In this document: in pieces, positions 9,064-18,591 of the stretch
Layout: the number at the start of each line of letters is the position of its first letter
Numbering within the stretch: the first letter of the stretch is position 1
Origin: Spirochaetia bacterium
GTDB taxonomy: Bacteria; Spirochaetota; Spirochaetia; SZUA-6; Bin103
Assembly: GCA_965208575.1 (NCBI GenBank)
Contig: CBDBOV010000005.1
Location: 1-64,000, forward strand
Reading direction: 5' to 3'
Length of the DNA stretch: 64,000 nt
Notes under the pieces: model-generated
The model's input: the letters and a program-made list of their open reading frames with translations, nothing else
What the model was told of the DNA's origin: nothing
The model's database searches: none
Program-made: the position numbers and the translations under genes

Positions 9064-11106
9064 ATGGGATTCGGCGTACGCAATTGGATAACGGTAGTGA
9101 GCTGCCTGGTGCTCAGCTCGGCCCCGCTCCTTGCCGGAGGAGAGGGCGAGGCCACGGCGGACGAATCGTCCGAAACCATGGAGATGGCCACCGGCGCCGT
9201 GGACAAGAACTGGGGCTGGGCCACCCTTGCCGATTACGAACGCGAGACCGGCAACCGGATCGCCTCGTTCAGCGAGGCGCCGATGCTGGCCGCGCTGGTG
9301 GCGTCGGGCGACCTGCCGCCGGTGGAAGAGCGCCTGCCCGACGAACCGCTGGTGGACGAACCGTTCGAGCAGGTGGGCACCTACGGCGGCACCCTGCGGC
9401 TCGGCATGGTGTCGGGCACCACCTACTATCCCGCGACCATCTACCAGGTGGACTTCACCCTCGGGCTCGACCGGGTGGGCGAGGAGATCGTCCCCAACAT
9501 CGCCAAGGCATTCGAGTTCTCGCCGGACAACACCACCATGACGCTGTCCCTGCGCGAGGGCATGAAGTGGTCGGACGGCGACCCCTTCGACGCCGACGAC
9601 TACCTGTTCTGGTACGAGTCGGTGCTGTTGAACAAGGAGCTGACTCCGGTGGCCCGGAGCTGGCTCAGGCCGGCCGGACAGGTGGTCGAGGTGGCGAAGA
9701 TCGACGACTACACGTTGACCTTCCGCTTCGCGGTCCCCTACCGGACCATACTGTTCTATATCGGCTCCGCGGGCTTCGGCGGCGGGCAGGGCGTCGGCAC
9801 CGGCGGCATCTTCTCGCCGGAGCACTACATGAAGCAGTTCCACGTCGATCACAATCCGCAGGCCGGCGAACTGGCCAAGGAGGAGGGTTTCGACAGTTGG
9901 ACGCAGTTGTTCAAGGCCAGGGACCGGGCCGACATCGTGCAGCAAGCGGTAGGGACGCCGGTCACCCAGCCCTGGATGATCAAGAACGTCCTTCCGGAAG
10001 GCGCCGTGTACGAGCGCAACCCCTACTTCTACAAGATCGATACGGCGGGCAACCAGCTCCCCTACATCGACACCGTGCGGGCATCGCACTTCACCGACCA
10101 CGAGGCGATGATCCTGGCCACCGTCACCGGCAACTACGACTACATGGACTGGGGCACCAAGTTCGAAGACGTGCCGGTACTGGTGGAGAACGAAGAAAAG
10201 GGCAACTACAAGACGTTCATGACCAAGGACCTGTGGGGCAACCACAGCGCCTACTACTTCAACCAGAACTACGAGGACGATCCCGAACTCGGCGAATTGC
10301 TGCGCAACAAGACCTTTCGCCAGGCACTGTCGATCGCCATCAACCGCGACGAGGTCAACAGCATCATCGCTGCCGGCCAGGGCATCCCGCGGCAGGCGAC
10401 GATGAACCCCGACCTGCCGTTCTACCAGGAACAATGGGGCGCCGCCTGGGCGCAATACGATCCCGACGAAGCCAACCGGATGCTGGACGGAATCGGCCTC
10501 GACAAGCGCGACGGCGACGGCTTCCGGCTGCGGCCCGACGGCCAGCCGTTGTCGCTGCAGATCAACCATCCCCTGGCCAGCGGATCGCGCATCGCGGCTG
10601 ACGAGATGGTGCGCGACTACTGGAATGCGGTCGGCGTGCGCACGCAGGTCAAGCCGATGGACCGCGCCTTCCTGATCCAGGCCGCCCGCGCCAACCAGGC
10701 CCAGGTCAATTCCTGGATCTTCTCCGGATCTTCGCTGCCGTCGGTCCTCAAGGGCGGGACCAACTACCTGCGCGGCAATTTGTGGGGCTACGGCTATCAA
10801 CAGTGGTGGAACACCAGGGACTCGGCGCAGCCCAAGGGCACCGAGCCGCCGGACGAGGTAAAGCGAATGTTCACCCTCATGGACCAGATCCCGGCGCTGG
10901 TGGGAGACGACAAGGTCGCCGCGATCGAGGAAGCGTTCGACATCTGGGCGGACAACGTCTACGGCGCCGGCGTGTTCGGGCTGATCCCGAAACCCGCGGT
11001 CGTGCACAAGAACATCGGCAACGTCAACACCGACACCATCACCGACATCAGCGACGTCGGCACCGGCTGGTTCAACCGCCAGTACCAGTTCTTCTGGAAG
11101 CAGTAA
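9064..11106 (+). CDS. ABC substrate-binding protein, family 5
   Basis: Signal peptide, LPPVEERLP, YGGTL, KWSDG, GNQLPYID, FRQALSIAINR, QFFWKQ; true start ATG 9064. Confidence 0.93.
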   Translation: MGFGVRNWITVVSCLVLSSAPLLAGGEGEATADESSETMEMATGAVDKNWGWATLADYERETGNRIASFSEAPMLAALVASGDLPPVEERLPDEPLVDEPFEQVGTYGGTLRLGMVSGTTYYPATIYQVDFTLGLDRVGEEIVPNIAKAFEFSPDNTTMTLSLREGMKWSDGDPFDADDYLFWYESVLLNKELTPVARSWLRPAGQVVEVAKIDDYTLTFRFAVPYRTILFYIGSAGFGGGQGVGTGGIFSPEHYMKQFHVDHNPQAGELAKEEGFDSWTQLFKARDRADIVQQAVGTPVTQPWMIKNVLPEGAVYERNPYFYKIDTAGNQLPYIDTVRASHFTDHEAMILATVTGNYDYMDWGTKFEDVPVLVENEEKGNYKTFMTKDLWGNHSAYYFNQNYEDDPELGELLRNKTFRQALSIAINRDEVNSIIAAGQGIPRQATMNPDLPFYQEQWGAAWAQYDPDEANRMLDGIGLDKRDGDGFRLRPDGQPLSLQINHPLASGSRIAADEMVRDYWNAVGVRTQVKPMDRAFLIQAARANQAQVNSWIFSGSSLPSVLKGGTNYLRGNLWGYGYQQWWNTRDSAQPKGTEPPDEVKRMFTLMDQIPALVGDDKVAAIEEAFDIWADNVYGAGVFGLIPKPAVVHKNIGNVNTDTITDISDVGTGWFNRQYQFFWKQ

Positions 11107-11126
11107 CCGGTACCTGACGCGCCCGC

Positions 11127-11192
11127 GAAGGTGGCGCGCCCGGCAGCCCGCCGGCAGCATGCGCGCCACCTTCCTCCGCCACGGGCTGCCGG
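11127..11192 (+). promoter_or_regulatory. Interleaved inverted repeats (A-B-A'-B') in the SBP-permease spacer
   Basis: A 11127-11139 pairs perfectly with 11161-11173 (13 bp); B 11140-11150 pairs perfectly with 11182-11192 (11 bp). Confidence 0.55.
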
Positions 11193-11205
11193 TACGTGAT
11201 CGGTC

Positions 11206-12207
11206 ATGGTGAACTACCTGTTGGCCCGCTTCGGCTACATGATCACCACGCTGCTGTTGATCTCGGTGGTGTCGTTCATCGTAATCCAGTTGCCGCCCGG
11301 CGACTGGCTGACCTCCTATATCGCGCAGCTCGAAGCGCAGGGGCAGGAGGTGGACGATGCCGAGATCGCCGGGCTCAAGGCGCTCTACGGGCTGGACCGG
11401 CCGCTATGGAGCCAATACGGCAAGTGGATCTCCGGATTCTTCACCGGGCGGATGGGGGTGTCGTTCTCCTTCAACCGGCCGGTGGTGGATCTCATTGCCG
11501 AGCGGCTGCCGCTGACGATCATGGTGTCGGTGTTCGCCTTCGTGTTCTCCTACGCGGTGGCCATCCCGATCGGCATCTACTCCGCCACGCATCAGTACTC
11601 GCCGTCGGACTACTTCTTCACCACCCTCGGTTTCATCGGCATCTCCGTGCCCAACTTCCTGCTCGGCATCATCGTGCTGTTCGGCGCGTTCAAGTGGTTC
11701 GGCGTGGACGTGGGCGGCCTGTTTTCGGACCGCTACGTCGGTGAGCCGTGGAGCTTCGGCAAGTTCCTGGACTTCCTCACCCACATCCCCGTGCCGATGA
11801 TCCTGATCGGCGCCGCCGGCACGGCGACCCTCATCCGGGTGATGCGCGGCACGCTGCTCGACGAGCTGCGCCAGCAGTACGTGATCACCGCGCGCGCCAA
11901 GGGCGTCACGGAGACCGCGCTGCTGTTCAAGTACCCGGTCAGGCTGGCGATCAACCCGATCATCAGCACCATCGGCTACCTGCTGCCGGCCATCTTCTCC
12001 GGCCAGGTGATCACCGCGGTGGTGCTGCGCCTGTCCACCATGGGGCCGATGCTGCTGCGCGCGCTGATCAGCCAGGACATGTTCCTGGCCGGCAGCATCG
12101 TGCTGATCCTGAGCTTTCTGGTGGTGGTGGGGACGCTGATATCGGACCTGCTGCTGGTGGTGGTCGATCCGCGCATCCGGTACGAGAGCAGCGCGGAGCT
12201 GCGATGA
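11206..12207 (+). CDS. ABC permease, DppB-like
   Basis: IQLPPGDWL, QYVITARAKG, VDPRIRY. Confidence 0.93.
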   Translation: MVNYLLARFGYMITTLLLISVVSFIVIQLPPGDWLTSYIAQLEAQGQEVDDAEIAGLKALYGLDRPLWSQYGKWISGFFTGRMGVSFSFNRPVVDLIAERLPLTIMVSVFAFVFSYAVAIPIGIYSATHQYSPSDYFFTTLGFIGISVPNFLLGIIVLFGAFKWFGVDVGGLFSDRYVGEPWSFGKFLDFLTHIPVPMILIGAAGTATLIRVMRGTLLDELRQQYVITARAKGVTETALLFKYPVRLAINPIISTIGYLLPAIFSGQVITAVVLRLSTMGPMLLRALISQDMFLAGSIVLILSFLVVVGTLISDLLLVVVDPRIRYESSAELR

Positions 12208-13373
12208 GCGAGGTGGATCGGCCCGGCGCGGCGCAGGCTCCGGCACCGCACAATCCGGCCCCGGACGGGGCCGCGCCCCGGGAGGCGCTGCAGGAAGCGT
12301 ACTATCTCGCGTCGCAGTGGAAGCTGATCTGGCGCAAGTTCTCGCGCCACCGGCTCGCCCTGGTGGGCATGATCGTGCTGGCGCTCCTGTACCTGGCGGC
12401 GGCGTTCGGCCCCTTCGTGTCGCCCTACGATCCGGGCGCGTTCTCCGATCATCCGTTCACGCCGCCGCAGCGCGTGCGCTTCGTGGACGCGGATGGACGC
12501 CTGCACCTGAGGCCCTTCGTGTACCTGCTCGAGCAGAGTCTGAACATGCGCACGCTGGCGCGGGAATACGCCGAAAACCGGGCCGAGAAGCGCTTCGTCA
12601 GGTTCTTCACGCGCGGCTACGAGTACAAGTTGTTCGGTGTGCTGCCGACCGACATCCACCTGTTCGGCGTCGACGCGCCGGGCACGCTGCACCTGTTCGG
12701 CACCGACAACCTGGGCCGCGACCTGTTCGCCCGCAACATCTACGGGGCCGGCATCTCGCTGACCATCGGCCTGGTGGGCGTGATGCTGAGCTTCGTGCTG
12801 GGCTGCCTGCTGGGCGGCGTCTCGGGATACTTCGGCGGCACCCCCGACACCATCATCCAGCGCATCATCGAGTTCCTGCTCTCCATACCGCAGATCCCGC
12901 TGTGGATGGCGCTCAGCGCCGCCCTGCCCACCCACTGGTCGCCGATCAAGATCTACTTCGGCATCACCATCGTGCTGTCGATCGTCGGCTGGACCGGCCT
13001 GGCGCGCATCGTGCGCGGGCGGGTGCTCGCTCTGAGGGGCGCCGACTTCGCGCTGGCGGCCAAGATCTGCGGCGCCGGCGAAGGCCAAGTGATTTACAGA
13101 CACCTGCTGCCGTCGGTGATAAGCTACCTGATCGTGCACCTCACGCTGGCGATCCCGGGCATGATCCTGGGCGAGACGGCTTTGAGCTTCCTCGGCCTCG
13201 GCATGCAGCCGCCGGCGATCAGTTGGGGCACGCTGCTGAAGGACGGCCAGGACATCCGCTCCCTTGCCCTGTACCCGTGGCTGCTGATTCCCGGCCTGTT
13301 CGTCATCGTGGTCGTGCTGGCGTTCAACTTCCTCGGCGACGGGCTGCGCGATGCCGCGGACCCCTACAAGTAG
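12204..13373 (+). CDS. ABC permease, DppC-like
   Basis: ATGA overlap with upstream gene; ASQWKLIWRKF, FGTDNLGRD, ETALSFLGLG, GDGLRDAADPY. Confidence 0.93.
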   Translation: MSEVDRPGAAQAPAPHNPAPDGAAPREALQEAYYLASQWKLIWRKFSRHRLALVGMIVLALLYLAAAFGPFVSPYDPGAFSDHPFTPPQRVRFVDADGRLHLRPFVYLLEQSLNMRTLAREYAENRAEKRFVRFFTRGYEYKLFGVLPTDIHLFGVDAPGTLHLFGTDNLGRDLFARNIYGAGISLTIGLVGVMLSFVLGCLLGGVSGYFGGTPDTIIQRIIEFLLSIPQIPLWMALSAALPTHWSPIKIYFGITIVLSIVGWTGLARIVRGRVLALRGADFALAAKICGAGEGQVIYRHLLPSVISYLIVHLTLAIPGMILGETALSFLGLGMQPPAISWGTLLKDGQDIRSLALYPWLLIPGLFVIVVVLAFNFLGDGLRDAADPYK

Positions 13374-13374
13374 G

Positions 13375-14334
13375 ATGGACAGGATGGAGAACACCGAAAC
13401 CACGCAGAGCCCGAACGGCGCGGCCCCGATCGCCGCCGGCACGCCGTTCCAGTTCGGCGCACACACCTTCCAATTCGGTCGCGAGGTCGTCGAGCTGGTA
13501 GACTCGTCCCCGCTGCGCCACGACGCGGCCACGCTGCGCGCGCGGCTGGCGACCGACGGCTACCTGTTCATGCGCGGCTTTCATCCGCGCGCCGACGCCC
13601 TGGCGGCGGCGCGCTGGACGCTGGAAGCGATCGCCCGGCAGGGCGGGCTGAAGGCAGGCAGCGACGTTGCCGACGGCCTGATCGGCGCGGAAAACCGCAA
13701 CTTCCCGTTCTTCCGCCAGGTGGAGGTGTCTCACGGACCGCCGATTCTGAATGTGGTGGACAGCCGCGCGACGTTCGCCTTCTTCGAAGCGCTGTTCGGC
13801 AAGCCGGCGCTCACCTTCGACAAGCGTTGGCTGCGCTGCATGGCCAGGGGCGGGCACAACCACTTCCACTATGACAACGTCTACGTCGGCCGCGGTACGC
13901 CCAACCGGGTGACGGTGTGGACCGCCCTCAGCGGAGCCGACCTCGACGGCGGCCCCCTGGTGATCGGCCTCGGCTCCAACCGCCACCGGCGCCTGATCGA
14001 GACCTACGGCGCCACCGACATGGACCGCGACCTGACCGATGCGGTGTTCACCACAGATCCCCGCGAGCTGGTCGACGATTTCGGGTTCACGCTCGCCACG
14101 ACGCGCTATCAGCCCGGCGATGCGATCATCTTCGGCATGTTCATGATGCACAGCACCGCGCCCAATCTTTCCGACCGCTACCGCATCAGCATCGACACGC
14201 GCTACCAACCGAAAGACGAGGCCAAGGACGAACGCTTCTTCTTCGGCGAGGACGGCACCTGGCTCGGCAACTTCCACCACAAGGGCGCCACCTACAAACC
14301 AATGTCCGAGCTGCGCCAGGAGTGGGGCATCTGA
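13375..14334 (+). CDS. Phytanoyl-CoA dioxygenase (PhyH) family Fe/2OG dioxygenase
   Basis: HYD...H facial triad, TVWTAL, RISIDTRY; start at 13375 or 13384. Confidence 0.85.
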   Translation: MDRMENTETTQSPNGAAPIAAGTPFQFGAHTFQFGREVVELVDSSPLRHDAATLRARLATDGYLFMRGFHPRADALAAARWTLEAIARQGGLKAGSDVADGLIGAENRNFPFFRQVEVSHGPPILNVVDSRATFAFFEALFGKPALTFDKRWLRCMARGGHNHFHYDNVYVGRGTPNRVTVWTALSGADLDGGPLVIGLGSNRHRRLIETYGATDMDRDLTDAVFTTDPRELVDDFGFTLATTRYQPGDAIIFGMFMMHSTAPNLSDRYRISIDTRYQPKDEAKDERFFFGEDGTWLGNFHHKGATYKPMSELRQEWGI

Positions 14335-14362
14335 CCCAACTGCTCCCTCCCGGATGCGAAAC

Positions 14363-15532
14363 CTACCAGGGAGGCGGCAGAGTCCCGGCACTCACTGCCG
14401 TCACGCGGCTGGTGATCGGATAGGGATTGGGGGTCCGGCAGATGACTATGCCGGAGCCCGCGGCGCCGGCGGGAAGTTCCTCCATGACCCGTTGCAGGCC
14501 GCCCGCATCTTTCTTGTCAGGGTGCTGGGTCCACTTCGCGTCGGCCAGGTCGAACCTGCCGGCGCGGTGGAGCAGAAAATCTGCCTCGCGCACCCGGTCG
14601 CGCCAGAAGTGGAGGTTCCATCCGCCGCGGCGATTCAGCTGGCTGCGGCGCAATTCACCGCATACCAGCGTCTCCCACAACGCCCCGGCCAGCGGCGATG
14701 CGTCCAGCTCCCTCGCGTCATCCAGCGAGATCAGGAACGAACACAGCCCTGAGTCGTTGAGATAGAGCTTCGGCGCCTTCACCAGCGATTTCGTGCGATT
14801 GCTGTGCCACGGCTCCAGCAGCGTTATCTGCCCGGACGCCTGCAGCACTCCCAACCAGGCCGCGACAGTGGATCCGGCCACGCCCACGTCTCGTGCCAAG
14901 TTCGCCTGGTTGAGAAGATTCCCGCTGCGCAGGGCGCATGCACGCAGGAAACGCTCGTAATCGCGGAGGTTCGCTACGTTCAGAAGCTGCCGGACATCTC
15001 GCTCCAGGTAGGTCGCCACGTAGGAACGGTAGAAGCTCGACGCATCGAGCTCCGGTCGCGCATGCAGTTCGGGAAAGCCACCGCGCACCAGGAACTGCTC
15101 GACGGTGAGCGATGCATCCGCCGCCGACGCTTCGGCCCAGGACAGGGTCTCCAATTCGACGACGTTGGCCCGGCCGGCGAGCGAGTCCGACACGGCATGC
15201 ATCAATTGCAGCTTCTGGGAACCGGTAAGCACAAAGAGCCCTGCACGGTCGCGCTGTTGGTCCACGACATGTTTCAAGTGGCGGAACAGCTTCGGCGCGT
15301 ACTGCACCTCGTCGACCACCAGCGGCGGCGGGTGGCGGCGGAGAAACGCTGCCGGATCACCCTCCGCCTGCTCGGCCTCGCTGGGCAAATCGAGGCTCAC
15401 CAGCTCGTGATTCGGAAACAGCCTCTCTACGAGGCTGGTCTTGCCGGTCTGGCGGGCACCGGTCAGCACCAGGACCGGCCGCTGTGCGGCGCTTTGCGCC
15501 AGGTAGGCCTCGATGTGCCGCTCGATCCACAT
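14363..15532 (-). CDS. AAA_14 ATPase with DUF4143 domain
   Basis: GARQTGKT, DEVQ, LTGS, SLAGR, GGFPE, TYLERD, KAPKLYLNDSG. Confidence 0.9.
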   Translation of the reverse strand: MWIERHIEAYLAQSAAQRPVLVLTGARQTGKTSLVERLFPNHELVSLDLPSEAEQAEGDPAAFLRRHPPPLVVDEVQYAPKLFRHLKHVVDQQRDRAGLFVLTGSQKLQLMHAVSDSLAGRANVVELETLSWAEASAADASLTVEQFLVRGGFPELHARPELDASSFYRSYVATYLERDVRQLLNVANLRDYERFLRACALRSGNLLNQANLARDVGVAGSTVAAWLGVLQASGQITLLEPWHSNRTKSLVKAPKLYLNDSGLCSFLISLDDARELDASPLAGALWETLVCGELRRSQLNRRGGWNLHFWRDRVREADFLLHRAGRFDLADAKWTQHPDKKDAGGLQRVMEELPAGAAGSGIVICRTPNPYPITSRVTAVSAGTLPPPW

Positions 15533-15662
15533 CTCCTACACTGTACATCATTCGACACAATCGAACAATTTACCCGATCCGTCCGTGAGGGCCGTGGCTG
15601 AGCCCGCCGGTACTGGCCGCCGGCGTTACGTCGCGCTGGCCTCTCTTGATGGCTCTTCTAAA

Positions 15663-17639
15663 CCGAAGTTCCAGAGCGGGAATCTTGTTAATTCGTTATT
15701 GATCTGAAAATTGCGCTCAACAGCCGATGTCCGTTACTGGCTACACTTGGGCGCTGACCTCCAGGAGATCGAAACAGCGCTGCTGCAGCGCGGTCGGTTC
15801 GCTGTGCATGGTGAACGTGGCGCCGCTATCCACTATCCGCACGCGGTTGGCCGTCAGCGTCCCCAACTCGCTCATCAGGCTGCGAAAGCTGTGCACCGGC
15901 AGACCGTCGTCGGTACGCTTGCTCGCCGCCTTCCGGTGTGCGGCCGGTGAGCGTTCCGCCGGTTGCACCACCGACTCGCGCAGCGCCTCGCCGGCGGCGC
16001 GGTCGTGGTCGTCGAACAGCACCGGCGCCAGCTTGCTGCGCATGTGCCACTCCACGTAGTAGGCCAGCATGCACAGGAACACGTGCGCCCGCACCCGGTC
16101 TGCGCTGCGGTGATAGATCGGTCGCACCTTCAGATCCACCGTCTTCATGCTGCGGAACGCACGTTCCACCTTGGCCAAGTCCTTGTACGCCGTCACCGTC
16201 TGCTCGGCGTCGAACAGCTCCGGCTCCACGTTGGAGCGCACGATGTAGAGCCCGTCCAGTTCTTCCTCGGCCGCGATCTTGTCCAGGTCACGCACGAACG
16301 AGAACGAGTCGTCGGTGATGGTGGTGGTGAAATGCTTGCCCACCTTGTAGTGGTTGATCACCTTGCCCACCCGCAGGCCGATCGCGGCGGCGCCGCGCAG
16401 CGGCTTTTTGGCGCGCTGCGTGGCCGTCACGATCGGCGTCAGTTCCTCCTCCGTGGAGGCCAGCAACTTCTGCCTCTTGCGCTGCCGTTGCTCGGCCAGG
16501 ATCGGGTTGCGGCACACGATCAGCCGCTCGCCGGGGAACTCGGGTGAGCTGATCTCCGCCAGGTCACGCTCGTCGAACATGGTCTGCGCCACTTCGCCGG
16601 CCTCGATCAGCTTGCGGATGGTGGGCGCCCGCAGGGTCGTGATCCAGCGCAGGCCGTCGATCCCCTGCAGGTCCTCGCGGATGCGCGCGCCGGTGAGCAT
16701 GCCGCGGTCGCCGACCAGCACGACGCGCTGCAAGCCGAAACGGTTGCGAATCTTGTCGACCTGAGCGGCGACCGTCTTGGGGTCACTGGTGGAGCCCTCG
16801 AATACCTCGACGGCGATGGGACAGCCGTCTGCGGTACACAGCAGGCCGAACACGATCTGCAAGGTGCCGCGTTTGCCGTCGCGGCTGTGACCACGGCGCG
16901 CCAACGGGCAGGTGTGGCCATGGAAGTAACTGGAAGTCAGGTCGTACAACATGAGCGTGTTGTCATGCAGATGGCGCTTGGCCAAGCGCTGCTCGATGCC
17001 GTGCTGGCGAGCGAGCAGCCAATCCATGGCGGCATACAGCTCATTCTCGTCGACGGCTCCCAACTGCAGCAGGTGGCCGAGGGAGGAGACGGCGCTTTCG
17101 GGGTTCAGGCCGCGAGCGGTGGCGAGTTTGGAGCGAGCGTCGACGACGCGAGCGACGATCATGGCGACGACCAGGTCGCGTTCACGGGAGGCGGGACGAG
17201 CGACGAGGGAATGGAGGGAGAGCTTGCGGAGGGAACCGAGGACGGCGGCGACGTGGCCGTGGGGATAGCTGCGCAAGATGGAGAGCAGTTCGTTGGGAGA
17301 GCGCAGAGCGATACCGCCGTTGAGGAGGACGCGCAAACCCTCGACGAGGTGATCGGGCCACTTGGAGAGGTTGGCGATGGTGCGTTTTTTGACCTTGCCG
17401 TGCTGGCGGAAGGACTCGCGGAGGAGGACGGCTGGGGGAGAGTTGCGGTTGGGGACGGTGTCGATGTACATGGGCACCCTACGGAGGGAATGGTAGATCA
17501 TTTAATAATTACATGTCAACCAGATGAGAGAAAATTAACGCTGAACCACAGGACTATTTACATGGACACGATTTACACCCATGAACACGCTAATTCCTGT
17601 AATAGGAAACAGTTACAAGAACGGCCTCTCAAACCTCGG
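15663..17639 (-). mobile_element. IS1634-family insertion sequence, copy 1 (1977 bp)
   Basis: Imperfect 14-bp TIR CCGAGGTTTGAGAG / CCGAAGTTCCAGAG; 6-bp TSD TCTAAA at 15657-15662 and 17640-17645. Confidence 0.9.
15741..17471 (-). CDS. IS1634-family DDE transposase
   Basis: YDLTSSYF, GHSRDGK, VGDRGM, VERAFRSMK, RVRAHVFLCMLAY. Confidence 0.92.
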   Translation of the reverse strand: MYIDTVPNRNSPPAVLLRESFRQHGKVKKRTIANLSKWPDHLVEGLRVLLNGGIALRSPNELLSILRSYPHGHVAAVLGSLRKLSLHSLVARPASRERDLVVAMIVARVVDARSKLATARGLNPESAVSSLGHLLQLGAVDENELYAAMDWLLARQHGIEQRLAKRHLHDNTLMLYDLTSSYFHGHTCPLARRGHSRDGKRGTLQIVFGLLCTADGCPIAVEVFEGSTSDPKTVAAQVDKIRNRFGLQRVVLVGDRGMLTGARIREDLQGIDGLRWITTLRAPTIRKLIEAGEVAQTMFDERDLAEISSPEFPGERLIVCRNPILAEQRQRKRQKLLASTEEELTPIVTATQRAKKPLRGAAAIGLRVGKVINHYKVGKHFTTTITDDSFSFVRDLDKIAAEEELDGLYIVRSNVEPELFDAEQTVTAYKDLAKVERAFRSMKTVDLKVRPIYHRSADRVRAHVFLCMLAYYVEWHMRSKLAPVLFDDHDRAAGEALRESVVQPAERSPAAHRKAASKRTDDGLPVHSFRSLMSELGTLTANRVRIVDSGATFTMHSEPTALQQRCFDLLEVSAQV

Positions 17640-17640
17640 T

Positions 17641-18516
17641 CTAAACCGACATGGCGCCGCTGCCACCGAGACGCCCGCCACCGCCCCTGAGCCTGGGGTC
17701 GAGCAGGTCCCGCACCGCGTCGCCGAGCATGTTGAGGCAGTACACGACAATCGTCAGGCAGAGACCGGGCCAGAACGCGAGCCCTGGCGCTATCTCCATG
17801 AATTCGCGCCCTTCCCTGCTGAGCATGGCCCCCCAGCTCGGAACATGCGGCGGCAGTCCGAATCCCAGGAAGCTCAGAGAAGCCTCGGCAATGATGACGC
17901 CGCCAATGTTGATGCTGAATATGATGATGACGACCGGCATGATGTTGGGCACGACGTGCCGGACAAGCGATCGCATTGTCGAGCTGCCGGTTGCTGTCGC
18001 CGATAGCAGGTAGTCGGCTTCCTTGATGCCGATGACGGCGCCTCTGATCACTCTCGAGCCGCCGATGCCTCCCGATATGCCCAGGACCAGGATGAGCTGT
18101 AACAACCCCTGGCCCACGACGGATATGATGGTCAACAGGAGCAGCAGTCCCGGGAAAGACATCCAGGCATCGACGAACCGCTGCACCACCAGGTCCAGTC
18201 TGCCGCCGAGGAATCCTGAGGTGCCGCCGAGCAGAACAGCGACCAGAACGTTGACCGTGGTCGCTGCCAGACCGACAACCAGCGAAAGACGAGCCCCGTA
18301 GATGAGGCGGCTCAGGACGTCTCGGCCCAACTGGTCGGCACCCAGGAGATACTGGGCTGATGGGCCAGTCAGCCGGTCTACCAAGTGCATTTCGTAGTGT
18401 GGATAGGGGGCCAGAACATCAGCGAAGATACTGACGATAAGCAGGAGCACTATCACAATCCCGCTGACAATACCCAGTGGCTTCTCCTTGACCAGCCTGA
18501 CAAAGAAATCAGTCAT
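17641..18516 (-). CDS. ABC permease, DppC-like (paralog of 2463-3377)
   Basis: LLGADQLGRD, EASLSFLGFG, RDLLDPR; stop codon lies within the IS1634 TSD. Confidence 0.9.
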   Translation of the reverse strand: MTDFFVRLVKEKPLGIVSGIVIVLLLIVSIFADVLAPYPHYEMHLVDRLTGPSAQYLLGADQLGRDVLSRLIYGARLSLVVGLAATTVNVLVAVLLGGTSGFLGGRLDLVVQRFVDAWMSFPGLLLLLTIISVVGQGLLQLILVLGISGGIGGSRVIRGAVIGIKEADYLLSATATGSSTMRSLVRHVVPNIMPVVIIIFSINIGGVIIAEASLSFLGFGLPPHVPSWGAMLSREGREFMEIAPGLAFWPGLCLTIVVYCLNMLGDAVRDLLDPRLRGGGGRLGGSGAMSV

Positions 18517-18591
18517 AGCGGCCCCTGGCATCGATGACCACCCCGGCGATGATGCTCAACGGCTTCTCCTTGACCAGCTCTGAGAAACAAC

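Noticed and set aside
7933-11106. 1057-aa ORF
   Set aside because: The N-terminal part overlaps dppB in another frame; the SBP starts at ATG 9064 with a good SD.
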